From: Chloroflexota bacterium
GTDB taxonomy: Bacteria > Chloroflexota > Dehalococcoidia > UBA2247 > RBG-13-53-26
Length of the DNA stretch: 64,000 nucleotides
Reading direction: 5' to 3'
Assembly (NCBI GenBank): GCA_016876035.1
Contig: VGOE01000002.1
Coordinates: forward strand, 1,231-65,230
Each line of letters starts with the position of its first letter. Positions within the stretch are counted from its first letter, which is position 1. Positions 58,573 through 64,000 of the stretch are shown piece after piece. A program made the translations under genes and the position numbers. The notes under the pieces were generated by a model that was not told where the DNA came from, ran no database searches, and saw only the letters and a program-made list of their open reading frames with translations.

Positions 58573-58694
58573 TTCTGAGTTCCGCGCATCACGGGCTTCG
58601 CCTATGCCGAAGCAACGCCTAACCCTTGCCCTATCATTAGGGGGTTAAACGGTGACCGACTCAGGCCGTCTAGTATCTAACAATACCCCGTAGA

Positions 58695-59867
58695 CTAACC
58701 TCTGGGAAGATCGAGACCCCGTGCAGCGATGATGTTTCTCATCACCTCCGATGTCCCACCGGCAATGGTATTGAGGAGGGTTTCCCGACAGAGGTACTCT
58801 ATCTTTCCGTCCAGCGGCGCCCATTTAGAGCTCTTTTGAATCAACCCCGGCAACCCCAGGATTTCCATGCCTAGTCTGGCCATCCTCTGGGAAAGCTCGC
58901 TGCTGAAGAGCTTTGAAGCCGCAGCTTCGTAGTTAGCCACTACACGCTTGGTCTGTAGCCAGGCCAATCGATAGCAGAACAACCTGGCCACCTCAATCTC
59001 CGTAGCTATTTGGGCTATCTTCTGTCTCACCAGAGGGTCATCACCCAGAGAAGGCACCTGTTTTATGTAGTCTACCAGCTTCTCGAAAGTCCTCTTCAAC
59101 CCACCTACAGTGAGAACACGCTCAAACTCCAGTGCAGTGACGGTGTAGTAGAATCCCTGGTTCTTCTTACCTACCAGGTTACCCTTGGGAACGACAACGT
59201 TGTCGTAGAAGACCTCGTTTGTCCGAATGCCATCAACGCCCCACAGAGGGCGAAGCGTTATCCCTGGGCTAGCCAGGTCAACGATCATGAGAGAGATACC
59301 CCTGTGCTTGGGCACGTTGGGGTCGGTTCTGACCGCCAGCCAGTGGTACTGGGCGAAGTGACACCTGGTATTGAAGACCTTTTGACCAGTCAGAATGTAG
59401 CTGTCATCCTTTTCCTCAGCTCGGATTTCCAGGTTGGCCAAGTCGGAGCCAGCCTGGGGCTCAGTATAACCCAGCGCAAACTCAATCTCGCCTCTGGCGA
59501 TTCGGGGAAGATACTCCCTTTTCTGCTCCTCCGAGCCATAAAGCATAATGGTGGGGCCAGCCACATTTGCCCCGACCACTAGAGCTTCCTGGGGCAACGC
59601 TCCGGAGTAGTCCAGTTCCTCATGCATTATGAAACGATAGATAGGGGGAAGCCCCAGACCTCCGTACTCCTTCGGCCAGGTGGGAGTCAAATATCCCTTC
59701 GCTCCCAGCTTGCGCATAAACTCCCAGGTGTGCGGCCCCCACCCCAGCCCACCCTCTGCCTCCTCTATGAGCTCTGGCGTCACTACCTTCTTCAGGAACT
59801 GTCTGACCTCCTGGCGAAACGATTCTTGTTCCTGCGAAAAACCAAAATCCATCCGGGCACCTCTCAA
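58695..59867 (-). CDS. Acyl-CoA dehydrogenase
   Basis: The 390-aa protein has ACAD N-terminal, middle and C-terminal domain signatures. Its C-terminus is ETLLNTIAGGTSEVMRNIIA. Confidence 0.85.
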   Translation of the reverse strand: MRGARMDFGFSQEQESFRQEVRQFLKKVVTPELIEEAEGGLGWGPHTWEFMRKLGAKGYLTPTWPKEYGGLGLPPIYRFIMHEELDYSGALPQEALVVGANVAGPTIMLYGSEEQKREYLPRIARGEIEFALGYTEPQAGSDLANLEIRAEEKDDSYILTGQKVFNTRCHFAQYHWLAVRTDPNVPKHRGISLMIVDLASPGITLRPLWGVDGIRTNEVFYDNVVVPKGNLVGKKNQGFYYTVTALEFERVLTVGGLKRTFEKLVDYIKQVPSLGDDPLVRQKIAQIATEIEVARLFCYRLAWLQTKRVVANYEAAASKLFSSELSQRMARLGMEILGLPGLIQKSSKWAPLDGKIEYLCRETLLNTIAGGTSEVMRNIIAARGLDLPRG

Positions 59868-60027
59868 ATACTGCTAAAATTCAACATGGATTCTAAGGGA
59901 TTTGCAAGAGAAGTGTCAAAAATGTGCAGCATGTGGACATCCGCCCATCGCTGTGGCGAACCACAGGTGCTCTTGAACCATTTGACGTGCATGATATAAT
60001 TATGACTAGAAATGACCGCCAAAGAGG

Positions 60028-60975
60028 GTGACAAGAGTGAAGAAGTTATTATTAGGTATCTTGGCAGCAGTGTTGACCCTTGCGCTTGTGTCATCACCGG
60101 TAGCAGCTAAACCCGGAATGGATAAGCTGTTGCCGGCAACTGATATTGAGCTTGTGAAAAGGGCCACGATCCATGGGGAGCGTGGAAGCGCGGGTAAGCC
60201 AGCGCCAGGAGCGTCGACCGGCCTTCTGGGGCAACTGGCTTTGGGAAACAAGTATGCTATAGTAATCGGTATTTCTGACTACCCGGGTACAGCGAATGAC
60301 CTTTCCTACTGTGATGAGGACGCCAGAGACATGGTTTCGGCTCTTACCAGCCTTCACGGTTACGATGCAGCTAATATTATCAGCCTTATCGATCTTAATG
60401 CCAGCTTCGATAATATCAAAAATGCTGTTAATGACATAAAAGGGAGGGTGGCCGCAGACTCAGCACCGGCGCAGGCTGAGGTTGTCTTCTTCTTCAGCGG
60501 GCACGGTGCCAAAGGCAAGTTCGCTGATGACGATGCACAGGACAAGTTGCAGGGAGTTGACTCAAACGGTACTGATGAAGCCATCGTTTGCCACAATGGT
60601 AGCCAGAATGGGCAGTTGAGGGATTGGTTTAACGGCTTCGGAACCTCAAGGATTATCTTCGTATTTGACTCTTGCTTGGCTGGCGGGATGACCGACCTGG
60701 CAAGTTCAGGAAGAGTCATTAACATGGCATGCAGCGAAACCGGGGTTTCCTACGAAAGCAGTTCTTGGGGAGGGGGACACGGGCAATTCACCTATTACTT
60801 TGTTGACCAGGGAATGCTATCTGGCCTAGCTGACAAGTACGATTATGACAGAGATGGAAAACTCAAGGAACCGGGTGACGTGAGTATTGAAGAGGCTTTT
60901 GATTATGCCAAGGCAAATTGCTTGAAGCAGACCCCGTCGATAAGGGATTCCTTTATCAACGACTTGCTGTTATAA
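60028..60975 (+). CDS. Secreted caspase-family (peptidase C14, orthocaspase-like) protein
   Basis: It has a signal peptide (LLLGILAAVLTLALVSSPVAA). Caspase signatures are YAIVIGISDY, FFFSGHG (catalytic His) and FDSCLAGG (catalytic Cys). The start is a GTG at 60028 with an AAAGAGGG Shine-Dalgarno sequence. Confidence 0.65.
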   Translation: MTRVKKLLLGILAAVLTLALVSSPVAAKPGMDKLLPATDIELVKRATIHGERGSAGKPAPGASTGLLGQLALGNKYAIVIGISDYPGTANDLSYCDEDARDMVSALTSLHGYDAANIISLIDLNASFDNIKNAVNDIKGRVAADSAPAQAEVVFFFSGHGAKGKFADDDAQDKLQGVDSNGTDEAIVCHNGSQNGQLRDWFNGFGTSRIIFVFDSCLAGGMTDLASSGRVINMACSETGVSYESSSWGGGHGQFTYYFVDQGMLSGLADKYDYDRDGKLKEPGDVSIEEAFDYAKANCLKQTPSIRDSFINDLLL

Positions 60976-61619
60976 GTCTTCGGTTTACAAGAGCTGGGCA
61001 GGGGCCATAAGCGTCAGTCCAAACCGGGCGGGCCATACGGATTTGGCTCCGCACGGTGGTATTTTCTCAAGCTGATTTCGACGTAAACTAAAGGGTGGTA
61101 CGAATTCCCTCCATATTATCTTGTCGCTGGCAAGCCAAAGCTTCTAACAACCTCCCTCACTCTATCCAGTGTGGTGACTCTAGCTTCGTTGCGCGTCGCT
61201 GTCCTATCCTCTGACGGGAATCTTGATCCTGTCTCTCCTGGCGATGCCATTGCAGCAGGCTAGGATGACGAAAACCAGCGGAGTGCTTGTACCAGGAAGA
61301 TGCTACGTTCATGCTCCCACGCAGCGATGTAGCTTTGCATGGTTTCCCGGTCGGTCATCCGTAGTCTCTGGGCGCCGTGGCTTTCCTGGTTGCTTGCGCT
61401 CCCTTGCTGCAACCAGCCGTCTCTGGTTTGTTGTGCCCAAGTCGTGCAGAAGCTATCGACTCATGAGGATCGAAATCAGAATGTTGCGGTGTACAGGCTT
61501 TGCCTTGAAGTATCAGAAGACCTTCGCCATGCGCCCGTGGCTTTTCAGGCTGTCGAAAATATTTATGAAATCCTTATGGTCTGCTACGGAATCTTTATGC
61601 CTTCTTTATGCTATTCCTG

Positions 61620-61838
61620 TCATAGTGGTCGTGAGACAAGCGAATAGGTGGAGGAGGGGGATGGGGTCATTGAAACAGAGGCAAGCGTAGCGGCAGTGCT
61701 ATCTGCTACGTTTAAGGGACGGTCTATTGCGCTTTGGCTCTGGTAGCGCTGGAGAACCTGTGGTGGGAAGGCAGCCAGGTTCAGAGCTTGGGATGCACTC
61801 AGGATAGCGATCGTCTGGGAGGCTCGGTTTGTCGTCAT
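61620..61838 (-). CDS. Possible small protein (72 aa, Ser/Ala/Thr-rich) with a strong Shine-Dalgarno sequence, in an otherwise low-coding gap
   Basis: A GGAGGA Shine-Dalgarno sequence lies 6 nt upstream of the ATG (reverse complement of 61839-61852). The protein shows no family resemblance. Confidence 0.25.
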   Translation of the reverse strand: MTTNRASQTIAILSASQALNLAAFPPQVLQRYQSQSAIDRPLNVADSTAATLASVSMTPSPSSTYSLVSRPL

Positions 61839-61938
61839 GCTTCGTGGCTCCTCCGTTTGTAGACAGAACCAAGCAGAATTTCAACGTATATGTTGGAGGG
61901 TCATTCGGTAGGACAGATAGAACGCACTGGCAGTTTCA

Positions 61939-62364
61939 GTGAGGAACACAGAGATGATGGGTGGAAAGAAGATTCTGGTTGTAGATGATGACCGGCTAGT
62001 TGCCAAGACCATCGATATGTGCCTGAGCAAGAGAGGGTACCAGGTCAAGGTATTACACAACGGAGCTGCTGCAGTAAAATATTTATTCGAGGAAAAGCCA
62101 GACTTGCTGATTTTGGACATCAGGTTGCCTGATTGCGATGGCTGGTTTATTATGGGACTATTAGAAAAGCTGGGAGCGGCTCGAAAGGTGCAAGTTATCG
62201 TCATATCGGCCTTGGAGCCTGACCGGCAGAGAGTTTCTGAAGCCAAGCCATATGCTTATGTTCAGAAACCCTTTGACATGGGACAGCTTATACAAATAGC
62301 TGAGAGAAGCCTCAAAACAGGTGAGGAGACTAATCACGCCATAATGGGTCCGCCTGACACATAG
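61939..62364 (+). CDS. Stand-alone response-regulator receiver (CheY-like) protein
   Basis: It has the phospho-acceptor region KILVVDDD...LLILDIRLPDCDG. It is 141 aa with no output domain. Confidence 0.8.
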   Translation: MRNTEMMGGKKILVVDDDRLVAKTIDMCLSKRGYQVKVLHNGAAAVKYLFEEKPDLLILDIRLPDCDGWFIMGLLEKLGAARKVQVIVISALEPDRQRVSEAKPYAYVQKPFDMGQLIQIAERSLKTGEETNHAIMGPPDT

Positions 62365-62473
62365 TGATATCCGAGGTGGGAAAGAATGGCTGTGATTGAC
62401 ACATCAAGGGAATCTGGCCTATTCTGATAGTCGATCTCTCAGAGTGGAGCGCAGGTCAGCAAGAGAAGATGCC

Positions 62474-64000
62474 ATGCACAAAGCTACCGCTCAAGATAGT
62501 GTGGTGTCTCTGAAAAGACTCAACAATGGAGCTGCCCGTGTCATCCATGCTTTTGCAGGAATCGGTAAGGTATGTGGGGCGGATTCCGTGTCAAGGGTGG
62601 AATGGCATGCTGCAGAATTATTGGGAGGACACTACGGCAGAAGTCACCTGAGCATACTCAGAGGCCGTGAATTGCGCTTCTTGCTGTTGCTCATTGGCGT
62701 GTGTGTCTGGCTTTGGTTTGCCTTTGGCCCCAATCCTGTTCTCCGATCCGGTTTCTTTCATGAGGGGTTCGCGGTGATGCTGCTCATCATGGTCGGTAGT
62801 GTTGCACGTCCCTTTACCGGAGGCAATGAAGCAGAATGGATCAGATATCTCGAGGAGTTGGTGCGGAGCGAAAGAGACCGGGTGATGGCAATTCTGAACT
62901 CCATGGAGGAAGGTGTTGTTATCATCGACTTAGACCGCAAGATACGGTTTATGAACCCTAGCATGGTAAGGGAGTTCGGTGACGGTGTGGGTTTACATTG
63001 TTACAGACATCTACGTGGCCTCGACGAACCTTGCGGTGAGATTTGCAGACTGCCCAATGTCATACGGGGGAAGAACGAGAGATGGGAATACATTTTCCCG
63101 GATGGCAGAACATATGACGTGATTGGGTCACCCTTCGCCGATTTGGATCAGGTGCCCTGTATGCTGGCTACATTCAGAAATATCACGCAACGGAAGCAGG
63201 CCGAGATTGAGCTTGTTAAGTTGAATCAACTCAAGTCAGATCTTTTGTCTCAGAAGACAAGAGAACTGGAGGAGATTTCCAGAGAGGTAGCTAAACTGGA
63301 AGAACAAGAACGTCGCTTCGTGCGCTTTCTCCGCGTCGTCGCTCATGATCTCCAGTCTCCGCTTGCTGCAACTCAGACTTGCCTATGGGACATTTTGGAT
63401 GGATATTGCGGGAAGATCACTGACGAGCAAAGAGATATGCTGGAAAGGAGCAGCCGGAGAATCGACGGGCTTTCAACGCTGATTGGCGACCTGTTGGATA
63501 TCCCGCGTATTGAAGCGGGCCAGATCGTGCACGAGATGAAGGAAACCTCTTTGAGTGAAGTAATTGAGCGTTCCGTTGATGAGCTCAGTAACCTGGCAAA
63601 AGAGAAGGGGATAACGTTAAAGGTGGAATTGCCTCAGAGTTTACCTCGGATTCATGGGTCAAGCATCAGGCTACAGCAAGTCGTCAGGAACCTGATAAGC
63701 AATGCCATAAAATACTCACGAGAGGGCACGGTATTGGTTAGGGCAACGGAAGATGAAGGCGATCTAAGAGTTGAAGTGATAGACAGCGGAATTGGCATCT
63801 TGCCTGAGGACTTGCCCCTGCTCTTCACTGATTTCTTCCGAGGCAAGAACGTGGAAACTAGGGGGACTGGCTTGGGGTTGTCTATATCCAAAAGGATAGT
63901 CGAAGCCCACGGGGGCAGAATCTGGGCTGAAAGCCCATGCCCTGAAACTGGCAAAGGCAGTAAGTTCAGTTTCACCCTGCCCAAAGTAGCTGGGCCACAG
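62474..64000 (+). CDS. PAS-domain sensor histidine kinase (3' partial; it runs off the window end and is absent from the ORF track)
   Basis: Hand translation in frame 2 from the ATG at 62474 gives a TM segment (LRFLLLLIGVCVWLWFAF), a PAS domain (MEEGVVIIDLDRKIRFMNPSM), HisKA (FLRVVAHDLQSPLAA) and HATPase_c (NLISNAIKYS...GTGLGLSI). An in-frame stop lies upstream at 62393. Confidence 0.75.
   Translation, partial: MHKATAQDSVVSLKRLNNGAARVIHAFAGIGKVCGADSVSRVEWHAAELLGGHYGRSHLSILRGRELRFLLLLIGVCVWLWFAFGPNPVLRSGFFHEGFAVMLLIMVGSVARPFTGGNEAEWIRYLEELVRSERDRVMAILNSMEEGVVIIDLDRKIRFMNPSMVREFGDGVGLHCYRHLRGLDEPCGEICRLPNVIRGKNERWEYIFPDGRTYDVIGSPFADLDQVPCMLATFRNITQRKQAEIELVKLNQLKSDLLSQKTRELEEISREVAKLEEQERRFVRFLRVVAHDLQSPLAATQTCLWDILDGYCGKITDEQRDMLERSSRRIDGLSTLIGDLLDIPRIEAGQIVHEMKETSLSEVIERSVDELSNLAKEKGITLKVELPQSLPRIHGSSIRLQQVVRNLISNAIKYSREGTVLVRATEDEGDLRVEVIDSGIGILPEDLPLLFTDFFRGKNVETRGTGLGLSISKRIVEAHGGRIWAESPCPETGKGSKFSFTLPKVAGPQ

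Noticed and set aside
58148-58694. Possible RNase P RNA, tmRNA or SRP RNA in the ACAD-recF gap
   Set aside because: I looked for hallmark conserved strings: GGAAAGTCCGGGCTCC for RNase P, a tRNA-like 3' end ...GGTTCGAnTCC...CCA and a tag reading frame for tmRNA, and the AGGAAGCAGCC domain IV motif for SRP RNA. None was present on either strand, apart from a weak partial ACGACAG match.
61223-61690. A 155-aa plus-strand ORF and an overlapping 102-aa ORF in the caspase-RR gap
   Set aside because: The composition is extremely biased (Arg, Cys, Trp, Ser). There is no ribosome-binding site and no domain resemblance. This more likely reflects non-coding or degraded sequence.
1-64000. tRNA genes, CRISPR arrays, and transposase/integrase or other mobile elements
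   Set aside because: I found no T-loop-like GGTTCGAATCC motifs outside coding regions, no regularly spaced direct repeats of 25-40 bp, and no transposase-, integrase- or recombinase-like ORFs. All intergenic regions are under 1 kb.

Overview
This 64-kb window is a densely coding (about 90%), moderately GC-rich bacterial chromosome segment, with gene content typical of an anaerobic fermentative organism. That content includes a tungsten-type aldehyde:ferredoxin oxidoreductase, two 2-oxoacid:ferredoxin oxidoreductase clusters, a phosphoketolase / alpha-glucan phosphorylase / acetate kinase operon and radical SAM proteins. The lineage is unassigned and possibly Chloroflexi-like. No rRNA, tRNA, CRISPR array or mobile element was found. 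Housekeeping blocks are rpsF-ssb-rpsR, glyA, hom-thrC, folE, tex, recF, tilS and a complete trpEDCFBA operon. The trp operon is preceded by a candidate T-box leader with an intrinsic terminator, carries an extra trpB2 and has no trpG. The most unusual region is a five-gene plus-strand operon at 4340-10246 that appears to be a self-contained cyclic-nucleotide signalling module. It encodes a stand-alone cNMP-binding protein, an MBL-fold hydrolase that is a candidate class-II phosphodiesterase, a FecR-like partner, a CHASE2-sensor class III nucleotidyl cyclase, and a fusion of a cNMP-binding domain to an AdhE-type CoA-acylating aldehyde dehydrogenase. A second notable pair is MutS2/Smr followed 12 bp later by a Vms1/VLRF1-like eRF1-fold protein in which the GGQ motif is replaced by GGSSQQ. 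This pair is a candidate bacterial ribosome-rescue module. Other points are a duplicated SDR gene, each copy next to a small alpha+beta-barrel protein, a secreted caspase-like peptidase followed by a roughly 1-kb low-coding gap with phased TTATG repeats upstream of a response regulator / PAS histidine kinase pair, and several palindromes and hairpins in intergenic regions.
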